A stretch of DNA of 64,000 nt. Source: Dehalococcoidia bacterium (GTDB lineage: Bacteria; Chloroflexota; Dehalococcoidia; Lucifugimonadales; UBA1123). Shown here one piece after another: positions 26,526-37,496 of the stretch (the first letter of the stretch is position 1; each line of letters begins with the position of its first letter). Position numbers and translations under genes: made by a program. Where the stretch lies: positions 318,424 to 382,423 of the forward strand of contig OY761144.1 of assembly GCA_963664365.1 (NCBI GenBank). Reading direction: 5' to 3'. The notes beneath the pieces were generated by a model. The model searched no databases. It worked only from the letters and a program-made list of their open reading frames with translations, and was not told the DNA's origin.

Positions 26526-27923
26526 ATGGGTGGCGAAGGCCGTGTAGTAGTAGTCTCCAACAGGATACCGTCTGTATCCGCGCCTTCCAGCGTGGAGGAA
26601 AGGCGCAGCCTTCCCGTCGGCGGACTCGTGAGCTGCCTGCGGCCCTTCCTCGAGAACGTGGGAGGCGTCTGGATGGGCTGGGACGGAAACTCCGACGCCC
26701 CGGAAGGCGCCGCCTCTGTCGCCGTCAACGAGGTCGAAGGCATGAGCCTGGCCTCCGTCGCCCTTTCCAATTACGAAGTCGAGCGCTTCTACGACATCTT
26801 CTCCAACCGCACCCTCTGGCCGCTGCTCCATGGCTTCTCCGACAAAGCCACCATTAACCATGACAGCTACGATGTTTACCGCAGCGTAAACCGAAAATAC
26901 GCCGCCTCCCTCATAGACATCCTGAAGCCCGGCGACCTGGTCTGGGTCCACGACTTCCACCTCTTCCCCCTTGGCCATGAGCTTCGTAAGCTCGGCTGGA
27001 AGGGCCGGATCGGGTTCTTCCTTCACATCCCCTTCCCATCCTCCGAGATCTTCGGCATCCTGCCCTGGGCCCGAAAGCTGCTTACCTGCCTCTTCGACTA
27101 CGACCTCGTAGGTCTTCAGACCCCAAAATATCTTCACAACCTTGAGGAGTCCTTGCGTGACGAGCTTGGCGCCGTACTCGTCGGCGACACGGTGCGCCAC
27201 CGCGACAGAACCCTGAAGGTGCGTTCATTCCCCGTTGGCGCCGATGCCGAAGCATTCCGCGAGATGGCCATCAGCCAAGTCCCGACCCCCGTTAGCCGTT
27301 TCCTAGAGGACTTCCCCAAGGACACACAGATTCTTCTAGGGGTGGACAGACTTGACTACACGAAGGGGATAGTCCAGCGGATGCAGGCCATCGAGCGGTT
27401 GTTCGACGACCGCCCGGAGCTCCGCGGTCGCGTCACTCTCATCCAGATCTCCGCGCCCAGCCGGGTCAGCATCCCCGAATATGCCCGTGAACGCGAGCGA
27501 TACGACTCACTCGTCGGCAAGATCAACGGCAAGTTCGGGGAGGCTCATTGGATGCCCATTGTCCCCCTGCACCGCCCCTATTCCCAGCAGGACCTGGCCC
27601 ACTTCTACCGGGAGGCCGACGTTTGTCTCGTCACCCCTCTCCGGGACGGCATGAACCTGGTCGCCAAGGAGTTCGTAGCTTCCCAGACCTCCGACCCCGG
27701 CGTCTTGGTCATCTCCCGATTTTGTGGCGCCGCGGAGTCCATGCAGGACGCTCTTCTGGTCAACCCTTACGACTTTCAGGGGACGGCCTCCGCCATCTAC
27801 CGCGCCCTGACCATGCCCGGACCCGAGCGGCAGCGGCGCTGGAAAGCCCTCTTCGACGACGTGAGCAGTCACACCGCCCCCGACTGGTGTTACAGCTTCC
27901 TTGCCGCCCTCGGCGACGCGTAA
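26526..27923 (+). CDS. otsA: Trehalose-6-phosphate synthase
   Basis: [36 protein letters not shown]. Confidence 0.95.
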   Translation: MGGEGRVVVVSNRIPSVSAPSSVEERRSLPVGGLVSCLRPFLENVGGVWMGWDGNSDAPEGAASVAVNEVEGMSLASVALSNYEVERFYDIFSNRTLWPLLHGFSDKATINHDSYDVYRSVNRKYAASLIDILKPGDLVWVHDFHLFPLGHELRKLGWKGRIGFFLHIPFPSSEIFGILPWARKLLTCLFDYDLVGLQTPKYLHNLEESLRDELGAVLVGDTVRHRDRTLKVRSFPVGADAEAFREMAISQVPTPVSRFLEDFPKDTQILLGVDRLDYTKGIVQRMQAIERLFDDRPELRGRVTLIQISAPSRVSIPEYARERERYDSLVGKINGKFGEAHWMPIVPLHRPYSQQDLAHFYREADVCLVTPLRDGMNLVAKEFVASQTSDPGVLVISRFCGAAESMQDALLVNPYDFQGTASAIYRALTMPGPERQRRWKALFDDVSSHTAPDWCYSFLAALGDA

Positions 27924-28714
27924 GCCATCCAATGCAGAAACTCCTCCACCTCACCCGACCCCGACAGGCAGTAGTCCGCCTTCCGCAGCGCGGATTCCGG
28001 CGTTTCCTCATCCACGACGACCACCGCCGCTCCCTTCAGATCTCCTTGACCCATCAGCCCGTGCAGCGCATCGAATGCGTCACTGTCCGTCACGTCATCC
28101 CCAACGACTATCGCTCCCGCCAACTCGAACTCGCGAGCCAAGCGATCCACTGCCGTGCCCTTATTCACCCCTTGCCCAGGCCCGATCTCCAATACCATCT
28201 TGCCTTCCCTGACCTCCAGACCACGGGCGGCAGCCAACGACTTCAGCGCTTTCCACAACGCGGACCGTGCTTCTGTGACATCCGGAGCGTTCCGGTAATG
28301 CGCCGCCACGCTCAGACCCTTGTTCTCCACGGACAATCCGGAGATCCCAATTCCCGCAACTCCCATCTCGACTTCTTCCAAGAGGCCATCCGAGACCCGC
28401 ATATCGTACTCCCGTTGTTCTACTCCGCTTCTCCACTCCTCCAGCCCGTGATTTCCGACATACGTCAAACTCTCCAAGCCGACCATCTCCCGCAGAACTC
28501 TCACCTCTCTCCCGGACACCACCGCCACTAACTCCACCCTCTTTGACAACTCACATAGTATGTCCCTTATCGCCGAAGACAATACCGTGTCCCGAGGATC
28601 ATCGAATAGAGGAGTCAGAGTCCCATCGAAGTCGCTGAACAGTCCCACGCGGCCCGCGTTCAGGATTTGGGAGAAGGAATTGAGGTGGTCCAGGACACGA
28701 GGCGGAAGAGTCAT
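27890..28714 (-). CDS. otsB: Trehalose-6-phosphate phosphatase
   Basis: DFDGTL, VSGR, HYR, NKG, GDDVTD. Confidence 0.92.
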   Translation of the reverse strand: MTLPPRVLDHLNSFSQILNAGRVGLFSDFDGTLTPLFDDPRDTVLSSAIRDILCELSKRVELVAVVSGREVRVLREMVGLESLTYVGNHGLEEWRSGVEQREYDMRVSDGLLEEVEMGVAGIGISGLSVENKGLSVAAHYRNAPDVTEARSALWKALKSLAAARGLEVREGKMVLEIGPGQGVNKGTAVDRLAREFELAGAIVVGDDVTDSDAFDALHGLMGQGDLKGAAVVVVDEETPESALRKADYCLSGSGEVEEFLHWMAYASPRAARKL

Positions 28715-28828
28715 CGGTTATATTTACCAGTTTGGGGGTGACGAGGACATTGTAGCGCAGGTTAGGTATCGCGGCTGTGGGATGCTAGAATGGTGCAACC
28801 GTCATACACCTGACCCCGAGGTGGCGAT

Positions 28829-30691
28829 ATGTACGACTACGGACTAATCGGAGATATGTCCTCCGCGGCGCTGGTCGGCGCCGACGGCTCCGTTGACTGG
28901 TGCTGTCTGCCCCGGTTCGACTCGCCCAGCGTCTTCGCGTCCATCCTCGACGAGAACGTCGGCGGCCGGTTCCGCATCCAACCCAGCGGCGCGTATGCAG
29001 ACGCGCGCCAAGCCTACATGCGGGACACCAACATCCTGGAGACCACCTTCACGACCCCAGACGGCGTCGTAAAGATTACCGACTTCATGCCAATTCAAGA
29101 TAACGACAAGGATGGCAAACCCGACACCAACCCCGCCGTCCCCCCCGAACTGCACCGCATCGTCGCGTGTACGTCCGGGAGCATGGAGATGCGCTGTGAC
29201 TATGAGCCTCGGCACGATTACGCCCGCGCCATGCCGGTTTTTCGCCAACTCCGAAGCGACGGCAACGGCGGCGCGGTCGAGACGAACGGCGGCGGACAAA
29301 CCATGATGCTGCTCAGCAGCGTCCCGCTGTCGGTCGGCGCCGATGGCGCAATGGGCGAGTTCGCGCTGTCGCAGGGCGAGTCGGCAATCTTCGTAATGGC
29401 CTACGGCGCCGGGAGACCGCCAAGTCTAGATCGTTACCGCACGCGGGAAAAGCTTCAACTGACCCGGCGATACTGGCAAGACCTAGTCGCGGGGATGAAC
29501 TACGGCGGCCTGTGGCGCGAGCAGGTAGTGCGATCGTTTCTGGTCTTGCACCTGATGATGTACCGCGGCACCGGCGCCATTGTGGCCGCGCCGACGACGA
29601 GCCTGCCCGAGACCCTCGGCGGCTCAAGGAACTGGGACTATCGCTACTCGTGGCTGCGCGACACGAGCTTCACCGTCGACGTCCTCTACCGTCTCGGAGA
29701 CCTCTACGGAGCGGACCACTACATCCATTGGCTTCTGGAACAGTGCCAGTTGAATCGCCGCGACACACGAATCTTATACGGGATCACGCAGTCGTCGTCA
29801 CTCGAAGAAGAGATCCTCGACCACCTGAGCGGCTACGAGGGTTCTCGACCCGTTCGCATAGGCAACGCCGCCGCCGAGCACCTGCAGTTGGACGTATTCG
29901 GCGAGGTCATCGCGACGATCCACTCGCTTCTGGTGCTGAACGGCGAGATACCGGAGGAAGCCTGGGAGCTGGTCTGCTCCTTTGCCGAAGTGGTCATCAA
30001 GAACTGGCGGCGGCGCGACCGAGGCGTTTGGGAGGTGCGCGGAGAGCAACAGCATTTCGTCTATTCCAAGGTGATGTGCTGGGCCGCCCTCGACACGGCC
30101 GCGTACATCGCGGCGGCTGTGGAGCGGAGGCGGCTCTACCGACGCTGGGCGCAGGCGGCGTTCGACATCAAGACGGAGATACTCGACCTCGGATGGAGCG
30201 AGTCGAAGCGGGCGTTCCGGCAGCGGTACGGCAGCGACGCCCTCGACGCCTCCAACCTGGCCATCCCCTTCTTCGGATTCATCCCCGCCGAAGACCCGCG
30301 CGTGCGGCAGAACCTCGACGCGACCGAGCGGGAACTGGCCGATGGGCCGCTGGTATGGCGCTACATCCCGGAAGAAACGGACGACGGCCTCGATGCGCAG
30401 CCGGAGGGCGCATTTACGATGCTCAGTTTCTGGCTGCTTGGCAACCTGATCTACACGGGACAGGCTGATAAAGCCCTTGACCTATTCCATGAAACCATGA
30501 CGCGGTGCTCCAACCACCTCGGCCTATTCGCGGAAATGTTAGACCCCTCAACCAACCGCCAATTGGGCAACTTTCCGCAAGCCTACTCGCACATCGGCCT
30601 CATTCACACCGCCCTGAACCTCTCCGGCTACATCGCCGACACCCCAACGCGGCTCATTCGCAGGCGCGAGATGAGCAAGGCTCAGCAGTAA
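28829..30691 (+). CDS. Glycoside hydrolase family 15 (trehalase/glucoamylase-like)
   Basis: PRFDSPS, AAPTTSLPE, RNWDYRYSWLRD, WEVR, GNFPQAYSH. Confidence 0.92.
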   Translation: MYDYGLIGDMSSAALVGADGSVDWCCLPRFDSPSVFASILDENVGGRFRIQPSGAYADARQAYMRDTNILETTFTTPDGVVKITDFMPIQDNDKDGKPDTNPAVPPELHRIVACTSGSMEMRCDYEPRHDYARAMPVFRQLRSDGNGGAVETNGGGQTMMLLSSVPLSVGADGAMGEFALSQGESAIFVMAYGAGRPPSLDRYRTREKLQLTRRYWQDLVAGMNYGGLWREQVVRSFLVLHLMMYRGTGAIVAAPTTSLPETLGGSRNWDYRYSWLRDTSFTVDVLYRLGDLYGADHYIHWLLEQCQLNRRDTRILYGITQSSSLEEEILDHLSGYEGSRPVRIGNAAAEHLQLDVFGEVIATIHSLLVLNGEIPEEAWELVCSFAEVVIKNWRRRDRGVWEVRGEQQHFVYSKVMCWAALDTAAYIAAAVERRRLYRRWAQAAFDIKTEILDLGWSESKRAFRQRYGSDALDASNLAIPFFGFIPAEDPRVRQNLDATERELADGPLVWRYIPEETDDGLDAQPEGAFTMLSFWLLGNLIYTGQADKALDLFHETMTRCSNHLGLFAEMLDPSTNRQLGNFPQAYSHIGLIHTALNLSGYIADTPTRLIRRREMSKAQQ

Positions 30692-30768
30692 AAGCGGTCC
30701 TAGAAAAACCGGCCCACGCCATCCCATCCTGACCAATCCCCCCACTATCAGTCACGCCATGAACACCA

Positions 30769-32370
30769 TCATCGGCCAGGAGTCTTGAGCGCGTACACCC
30801 GGTATCTGAACCAGTCTTCGTCCGACTCCACCGGCTCGTACTCAGACTCCACGAAGTCGAACAGCGCTTGGAACGCCGCCGGGTCGTGCTCGTACCTCGC
30901 CTTCGGCTGCCAGTTCGCCCGGTCAGGTTCGTCCAGGGGAGGCAGCCGGCCGTTTCGCGTGTCTATTATCATGGCGGGACGCGCGCTTATCACGTCCGAG
31001 ATGAACTCGCCCCTGTTGACCTCGTCGGCGTATCCCGGCTTGAGCAGCGGGTACTGATAGAAGAACCGCGTAGGCGAGTCGCGCCCGGCGAGGAGGTAAA
31101 TCCGCGTCTGCGCTCCCCATACCAGTATGGTATCGTCGGCGTCCGTAGCCTGTTTGACCAGTTCGGCCGCCCGCTCATCCGCGTTCGGAACCGGCCCCGC
31201 CGTCCCGGGGCGCATAATCCCATACACCGCATCCTTTATTCTGGGGTAGTGGGTGGGCACGAAGTGAAAGTTCACGACCGCCAACATTAGCAAGAACGTC
31301 AGAAATGCGGGCGCGACCAGCTTATTGCTAGCGACGAGCCAAACCAGAAATCCAACGTACACCACACCGACCGGAAGTAGAGCAAGATAGTAGTGAGACC
31401 ACGGAAAGCCCGACATCAGTGTCAGAGCGACTTCGATGGGCCCGAGAATCAGCGCGAACGGCAAAATCCGCTCGAACGCCTCACCGCGCTTCTCCCCTCT
31501 AAACTGATGCCAGACCCCGGCGCACCAGCCGACGGCAAGCGGCAGGGCCACCCACGACATGTGCCGCGCCAGCGAATCGCCCGCGTCGAGTATGTCATAG
31601 AGCGAGGGATCCGAGTACGCGAGATTGTAAACGACCGTCGCGTCCCAGTACTCCGCCCACGCCCCGACGGCTGCGAGCACAGCCGAAACCGCCGTCAGAA
31701 CCGAAAGACCGCCGACCACGCTCCACGCGATCCGTGCGCGAGAGTCCCGCCACCTGAACAGCCAATAGACGCCCATCGCCAGCCACACCCCCACCAAGTT
31801 GCCGCGAAGCAGAAACGTGACGCCGCCCAGCGCGCCGATTGCCAGGCACGTCCACACGTCCGCCCGCTCCCTCCTCTCCACGCGCGCGAACAGCAGAAGC
31901 GCAAGGAGTTGGAACGGCAGGGCATGTTCCTCCGTGAGTCCCCCTCCCCCGAGTTTCTCCGAATAGACCAAGAAGATGGCTACGGAAAACAGTGCGGCCT
32001 GAACACCAAAGTGGAGACGTGTCAGCCTGAACGCGAGCCATGCCGAAACAAGCAGAATGACGGAGTTGACCAGCCAGGCGCCCCAGGATCCCGACACAAG
32101 CAGCCCCAGAGCGTGAATCAAGTAGGTGACGGGCCCCTTGTGGTCCCACCTGTCGAGGTAGGGCGCTTCCCCCCTCAGGATTCCCTGCGCCACGTACATA
32201 AACGCGCTGGTGTCCCGGCTCGGAGGCGAGGACAGCCCGTGCAGAGCGTCGAAGGCCAGGACCGCCAAGACCGCGGCCCAGCCGGCCCACGCCAGCTTTT
32301 GCGGCACGGTCATGCCCGAATAGCCCAAGCGGAGCTTGTCCAGACTCGTCAGAACCGGGCGCGCCGCCAT
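30769..32370 (-). CDS. Multi-pass GT-C (family 39/ArnT-like) glycosyltransferase
   Basis: Many TM segments; RD...PYLDRWDHKGP motif. Confidence 0.75.
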   Translation of the reverse strand: MAARPVLTSLDKLRLGYSGMTVPQKLAWAGWAAVLAVLAFDALHGLSSPPSRDTSAFMYVAQGILRGEAPYLDRWDHKGPVTYLIHALGLLVSGSWGAWLVNSVILLVSAWLAFRLTRLHFGVQAALFSVAIFLVYSEKLGGGGLTEEHALPFQLLALLLFARVERRERADVWTCLAIGALGGVTFLLRGNLVGVWLAMGVYWLFRWRDSRARIAWSVVGGLSVLTAVSAVLAAVGAWAEYWDATVVYNLAYSDPSLYDILDAGDSLARHMSWVALPLAVGWCAGVWHQFRGEKRGEAFERILPFALILGPIEVALTLMSGFPWSHYYLALLPVGVVYVGFLVWLVASNKLVAPAFLTFLLMLAVVNFHFVPTHYPRIKDAVYGIMRPGTAGPVPNADERAAELVKQATDADDTILVWGAQTRIYLLAGRDSPTRFFYQYPLLKPGYADEVNRGEFISDVISARPAMIIDTRNGRLPPLDEPDRANWQPKARYEHDPAAFQALFDFVESEYEPVESDEDWFRYRVYALKTPGR

Positions 32371-32377
32371 GTCCGCC

Positions 32378-33082
32378 CTAAAGCTCCGTCAGCAGCGACG
32401 GCAGTTCCATCAGCGTCTCGATACGCGGGCACTCGCTGAATCCGTCGTGATTGCCGTCCCGGTCCAGAAGCACCGGGTTGATCCCGACGTTCGCGGCCCC
32501 CTGAACGTCCGACATCGGCTGGTCTCCCACGTGGACCGCGTTCGCGGCCTCGGCCCCGGACCGTCGCAGCGCCTCTTGGAAGATCGGCGCGTGCGGCTTC
32601 TCGAAGCCCACCTCGCCCGATGTCACCGCGAAGTCCAGGTACGGTGTCAGCCCCATCTCCTCGACCATGTTGTGCGCCGGGACGTCCATATTCGATATCA
32701 GTCCCAGCGTCAGCCCCTGCTGCATCAGGATGTCCATTGCGGGGAGAACGTCGTCGAATCGCCGCATCCGGTAGGGGATCTGCCTGATCGCGCTCCATAT
32801 CCGCCCCGCCTGCTCGGGCGTGACCTCGACGCCCGAACCCCGAATCACGCGCCTTTCGTACTCGGCGAAGAACGCTTCCCTCTCGTCGCGGTCCAGCAGC
32901 CGCACCGGGCGCGTGGCGTTCTGCTCGGACATGAAAGCGTCCGCGAGAGCGTAGCCGCGCAGGACGCCCTCGGGCGTAAGCTCGATGCCGAACTGGGCGC
33001 AGGCCTGAGACTGCACCTCGAATCGGTCAGGCTGGAATCCCGCGAGGGTTCCGTAAAGGTCGAAGAAGACAGCTTGGATCAT
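32378..33082 (-). CDS. HAD-superfamily hydrolase
   Basis: FFDLYGTL, ISN, EKP, HVGD...DVQGA. Confidence 0.9.
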   Translation of the reverse strand: MIQAVFFDLYGTLAGFQPDRFEVQSQACAQFGIELTPEGVLRGYALADAFMSEQNATRPVRLLDRDEREAFFAEYERRVIRGSGVEVTPEQAGRIWSAIRQIPYRMRRFDDVLPAMDILMQQGLTLGLISNMDVPAHNMVEEMGLTPYLDFAVTSGEVGFEKPHAPIFQEALRRSGAEAANAVHVGDQPMSDVQGAANVGINPVLLDRDGNHDGFSECPRIETLMELPSLLTEL

Positions 33083-33112
33083 GTCGATGGTATGATAGCA
33101 CGAGTTCATGAC

Positions 33113-34126
33113 ATGAAACCCGGCAAACTCCCTCTCCATCTTCTCGCTCGTCTGCTGGACGACGTTCAGCCCTCAGACCCGAGGGTCGTCGTCGGCCCGC
33201 GAGTGGGCGAAGACGCCGCCCTCATAGACTTCGGCGACCGTTGCCTCGTCGCGAAGACCGACCCCATCACATTCGCCACCGACCTGATCGGATGGTACAT
33301 GGTCAACGTCAATGCCAACGACATCGCGGCGATGGGCGCGACCCCGAAGTGGCTGCTCGCGACCTTCCTGCTGCCTGAAGCCGCTTCCGAGGCCCAGGCG
33401 GCAGAGGTGTTCCGACAGGTCCTGTCCGCGTCCGCGGAACTTGGCGTCACGCTGGTCGGGGGGCATACCGAGATCACCGTCGGACTCGACAGGCCCATCG
33501 CCGTCGGCGCGATGCTGGGCGAGGTGGACAAAGACCGCGCGATCCTCAGTTCCGGCGTCCGCCCCGGCGACGCGGTGATCCTCACCAAGGGCATCGCGCT
33601 GGAGGGGACTTCCATTCTCGCGCGCGAGGCAAGGGACCGCCTCGCCGAGTCGAGCGTCGGCGCCAACCTGCTGGAATCAGCCGCGAACCTGCTGTTCGAT
33701 CCCGGCATCAGCGTGGTGGCCGATGCCCGCATCGCTTGTTCCGCCGCGGACGTCCACGCGATGCACGACCCGACGGAAGGCGGACTTTCAGGCGGACTCT
33801 ACGAGTTGGCCGTCGCCGGCGTCGGGTTCGAGATCGACGAGGCGGCCATTCCCATCCTGCCGGAGTGCGCCCGGATCTGCGAGTCTCTGGGCCTCGATCC
33901 GCTCGGCCTGATAGCCTCCGGCTCGCTCCTAGTCGCGGTGGACCCCGACGACGCGCCCGCTGTGGTCAACTCACTGCGAGACAACGGGATAGGGTCTCGC
34001 GTCATCGGCTTCGCCAACACGAGGGCCGGCGAAGTCACGCTCCGGACACGCTCCGGCGTGGTGGATTTCCCCCGATTCGAGCGCGACGAGCTCGCCCGCT
34101 GCTTTGGCGGCTTGGAGACAGCTTAG
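33113..34126 (+). CDS. AIR synthase-related (PurM/HypE-like) protein
   Basis: MKPGKLP, GEDAA, NANDIA, GGHTE, MHDPTEGG, ERDEL. Confidence 0.85.
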   Translation: MKPGKLPLHLLARLLDDVQPSDPRVVVGPRVGEDAALIDFGDRCLVAKTDPITFATDLIGWYMVNVNANDIAAMGATPKWLLATFLLPEAASEAQAAEVFRQVLSASAELGVTLVGGHTEITVGLDRPIAVGAMLGEVDKDRAILSSGVRPGDAVILTKGIALEGTSILAREARDRLAESSVGANLLESAANLLFDPGISVVADARIACSAADVHAMHDPTEGGLSGGLYELAVAGVGFEIDEAAIPILPECARICESLGLDPLGLIASGSLLVAVDPDDAPAVVNSLRDNGIGSRVIGFANTRAGEVTLRTRSGVVDFPRFERDELARCFGGLETA

Positions 34127-34228
34127 AGCCTCGTCCCGGCCCCTCGAATTGGTCGCCGATTTTCAGAGTTCCCGCCTTGCGAGGGCAGCCTTTGCCCATG
34201 ATATGATCTGACCTCTCAGAGGAGCCAC

Positions 34229-35608
34229 ATGACCACAATCGCCGCCGGCCCCAGGCAGTTGTGGGAGGCCACGCTTGGTCACCTGCAATTGCTTGTCACC
34301 CGGCCTAACTACGATACTTGGCTGAAGCATACCGTTGGAAAGGACTTCCGCGACGGACTGTTCATAGTTGGCACACCGAACGCATTCGTCTCGGAGATGC
34401 TCGAACAGCGCATGTACTCGGTCATCTCCCAGACCCTCGAAAGGGTGGTCGAGACGCCCGTCGAGATCAGGTTCGAGGTGGTGTCCGCCGAGGCCGCGCT
34501 TCCCGCGCCGGAACCGGACGCCGACGAGTCGCCCGCGCCGCTCATGCCGCCGGCCCCGGCAGATTCCGCGCGCGCCAACGGCCACACGCCCGTTGCGCTC
34601 AACCCGAAGTACACCTTCAACTCGTTCATCGTCGGCAAGTCCAACGACCTGGCGCACGCCGCCGCCGCGGGAGTAGCGCAGAAGCCCGGCGAACTGTACA
34701 ACCCACTTGTGATGTACTCCGACGTCGGGCTGGGCAAGACACACCTCATGCAGGCGATCGGCCACGCGCTGGCGAGACGCGGAATGGCGCCGCTGTACGC
34801 CACCACAGAGGAGTTCACCAACTCATACATCAAGGCAATCCGCGAAGGCACAACCGAAGACTTCAGAGAGCGCTACCGAACCGCCGACGTGTTGCTCCTC
34901 GACGACCTCCAGTTCCTAATCGGCAAGGAGCAGACGCAGGAAGGCTTCTTCCACACCTTCAACGCGCTCCACATGACCAACAGGCAGATCGTGCTGACCT
35001 CGGACCGTCCCGTGTCCGGCCTGAAGCTGCTCGAAGATCGGATACAGTCGCGGCTCGCGGGCGGCCTCGTCGTTGACATCCAAACGCCCGACGTCGAAAC
35101 CCGCATCGCCATTCTCAGGGCCAAGGCCGAGGGATCGCGGCAGCCCGTATGTGACGACGCTCTCCAATTCCTGGCCGAGCGCGTACACAGGAACATCCGA
35201 GAGCTTGAGGGGGGCCTCAACAGGGTTCTAGCCCTCGCCGACCTCACCGATCAGCCTGTCACCGTCGATCTTGTCAAGCGCACTATCACAGACGTGAGCG
35301 AGGACGACGCCGGTCGCAGAGTTCCCGAATCGGACGTGGTCAAGGCCGTCGCTGCTTACTTCAGCCTTGAGGTCGGTATCCTCAAGGGACGCAGGCGTGA
35401 CAAGAAGACCGCTAGGGCGCGGCAAGTCGCGATGTACCTGCTGAGAGAGGAATCCGGACTCAGACTGTCATCCATCGGCTCTATCCTGGGCGGCAAGTCG
35501 CATAACACAGTCAAGCACGGCTGTGACCGCATAGCGAACCAACTCAACGTTGACCCCAACCTGCGGCGCGACATCCTCAACATCCGCACGTCCCTTTCCG
35601 GACGGTAA
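34229..35608 (+). CDS. dnaA: Chromosomal replication initiator
   Basis: LNPKYTF, YNPL..GLGKTHL, QEGFFHTFN, NIRELEG, domain IV helix-turn-helix. Confidence 0.97.
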   Translation: MTTIAAGPRQLWEATLGHLQLLVTRPNYDTWLKHTVGKDFRDGLFIVGTPNAFVSEMLEQRMYSVISQTLERVVETPVEIRFEVVSAEAALPAPEPDADESPAPLMPPAPADSARANGHTPVALNPKYTFNSFIVGKSNDLAHAAAAGVAQKPGELYNPLVMYSDVGLGKTHLMQAIGHALARRGMAPLYATTEEFTNSYIKAIREGTTEDFRERYRTADVLLLDDLQFLIGKEQTQEGFFHTFNALHMTNRQIVLTSDRPVSGLKLLEDRIQSRLAGGLVVDIQTPDVETRIAILRAKAEGSRQPVCDDALQFLAERVHRNIRELEGGLNRVLALADLTDQPVTVDLVKRTITDVSEDDAGRRVPESDVVKAVAAYFSLEVGILKGRRRDKKTARARQVAMYLLREESGLRLSSIGSILGGKSHNTVKHGCDRIANQLNVDPNLRRDILNIRTSLSGR

Positions 35609-35619
35609 CGGCCCCGTCG

Positions 35620-35914
35620 GGCTATTAGTTCCAGACAAGGGCTAACCTATTTCTGATATAGAATTAGACTCACCCCGATACAAATATGTCGATAACTCGG
35701 CATATAATGTCGATAAGTAGGTTGGCATGAACATAACCGACCTCCCAATTCCCCGGATTGGCAATGTACAAACATGAGAACCCCGATTTGTCTCACCGCC
35801 ATCGACAGTGAATCTCCAAGATACCCAACCCCTCTCCCAACGTAACCGAGAATGGAACCAAGTAACTATTGACAGCGCCGACACCCTTATTACTGTTATT
35901 GAGACACACAAAAT
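35620..35914. other. Candidate oriC (AT-rich intergenic region with TTATCGACA-type boxes)
   Basis: TGTCGATAA at 35687 and 35708; degenerate copies at 35799, 35866, 35896; directly downstream of dnaA. Confidence 0.6.
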
Positions 35915-37204
35915 ATGATTGACCAAGTTTTCATCAATATAAAAAGTGGCAAGGGCGGCGATGGCGCGATTAGCGGGCGACGGGAGAAGTACGTTCCAAG
36001 AGGCGGGCCGGATGGAGGAGACGGTGGAACCGGGGGTAGCATCTACTTAGAAGCCGACTTGAACGTCAACACCCTGCTCGCCTACCGCTACAAGCGACAT
36101 TTCACCGCCCCCGACGGCAGACGCGGCGAAGGCAGTCTGAAGCATGGCCGTGACGGCAAAGACTTGACTCTGCCGGTTCCCGTCGGAACCCAAGCATGGA
36201 CATCTGATGATCCCCCACATCTGATCGCGGACCTAGACGAGCCTGGTCAGTCCGCCCTCGTCGTGAAGGGCGGCAAGGGCGGCGCGGGCAACGCTCACTA
36301 CGCGACCTCCACCAATCGCTTTCCGCTCTTGGCCCAAGCAGGCGAACCCGGTGAAGAAATGACTCTTCGCCTTGAGTTGAAGCTGCTGGCCGATGTGGGC
36401 ATCATCGGTGCTCCGAACGCCGGCAAGTCCAGCCTGCTGTCGGTCGTCTCCGCGGCGAGACCCAAGATCGCCGGCTATCCGTTCACCACTCTTGAACCGT
36501 CTCTCGGGATGGTGGAGCACAGAGATGACTCATTCGTCATGGTTGACATCCCGGGTCTGATTGAAGGCGCGCACGAAGGCGTCGGCCTCGGCCTCCGGTT
36601 CCTGCGTCACGTCGAGCGCACGAGAGTATTGATTCACCTAGTCGATGGTTCACTGGACGACCCCGTTGCCCAATACCGCCGGATCAACGCTGAGCTTTCC
36701 CAGCATGAAATCGACCTCACTCTGAAACCTCAGATACTCGCTGTCAACAAGCTGGATCTCACCGATGTCCGTATCCTGAGGGACGACCTGGAAGATGCCT
36801 TCCGTGAAGCGACTGGGGGAGCCGACGTCTATTTCACCTCGGCGGCAACTCACGAGGGGGTTGCTCAGCTCCTTGACGCTGTCGTCTCAGCCCTGCGGAA
36901 TCCTCAAGCGGAACCTCCAGCTTGGGAGAGTGCCGCTCAAGATAACCTGCCCGTCGTCCGCCCGACTCCAAGGCAGCGTCGCCCCTCGGTTCGTATTGAT
37001 GAAGAAGGCGCATTCATCGTCGAGTGGCCCTCGGCGGCGCGAATGGCCCCGATGGTGGACCCCGACGACTGGACAGCGAAGATACAGTTCTTCAACCGCT
37101 TGGAACGCATGGGAGTCGTCAGAGCGCTTGAGGACGCGGGAGTCGGCCCTGGGGACGTCGTCAGGATCGGCGAAGTGGAGTGGCTGTGGGAGTTGGAGGA
37201 GTAG
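35915..37204 (+). CDS. obgE: Obg GTPase
   Basis: Gly-rich Obg fold, GAPNAGKS, YPFTTL, DIPGLIEGA, NKLD, C-terminal OCT-like domain. Confidence 0.97.
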   Translation: MIDQVFINIKSGKGGDGAISGRREKYVPRGGPDGGDGGTGGSIYLEADLNVNTLLAYRYKRHFTAPDGRRGEGSLKHGRDGKDLTLPVPVGTQAWTSDDPPHLIADLDEPGQSALVVKGGKGGAGNAHYATSTNRFPLLAQAGEPGEEMTLRLELKLLADVGIIGAPNAGKSSLLSVVSAARPKIAGYPFTTLEPSLGMVEHRDDSFVMVDIPGLIEGAHEGVGLGLRFLRHVERTRVLIHLVDGSLDDPVAQYRRINAELSQHEIDLTLKPQILAVNKLDLTDVRILRDDLEDAFREATGGADVYFTSAATHEGVAQLLDAVVSALRNPQAEPPAWESAAQDNLPVVRPTPRQRRPSVRIDEEGAFIVEWPSAARMAPMVDPDDWTAKIQFFNRLERMGVVRALEDAGVGPGDVVRIGEVEWLWELEE

Positions 37205-37231
37205 CGGCGGACTTCAGACCCGCCTCGTCGC

Positions 37232-37420
37232 TTACCGACGCCGACGGCGTCGGATGCGCCGCAAACTCCGCTGCTTGTCGAGGCGCGCCTGCTCTCCCTT
37301 GGATCGGAAGAACCGCCGGTTCCGAAGCTCCCTGAGTATGCCCGACCTCTGCATCGAGGTCTGGAACCGCTTCAGCAGAGCTTCCGGCTCTTCCCCGTCT
37401 CTAAGGCTTACGAATGCCAA
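37232..37420 (-). CDS. rpsU: 30S ribosomal protein S21
   Basis: 62 aa, basic; E..EALLKRF...GILRELRNRRFF; TTG start with RBS. Confidence 0.85.
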   Translation of the reverse strand: MAFVSLRDGEEPEALLKRFQTSMQRSGILRELRNRRFFRSKGEQARLDKQRSLRRIRRRRRR

Positions 37421-37496
37421 ATCATCTTCTCCTACAATCCTGACGTCGGAAGTGTTCTCTCACGTTGCGAATTGGATTATAGCACAGGACGCCCCA

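Noticed and set aside
32336..33112. Long N-terminal extension of the AIR synthase-like ORF
   Set aside because: It is the antisense shadow of the HAD gene; family similarity starts at MKPGKLP (33113)
33113..34126. selD, which would support the selenoprotein call
   Set aside because: Lacks the N-terminal Cys/Sec-x-x-Lys motif of SelD; it fits the PurM/HypE-like group
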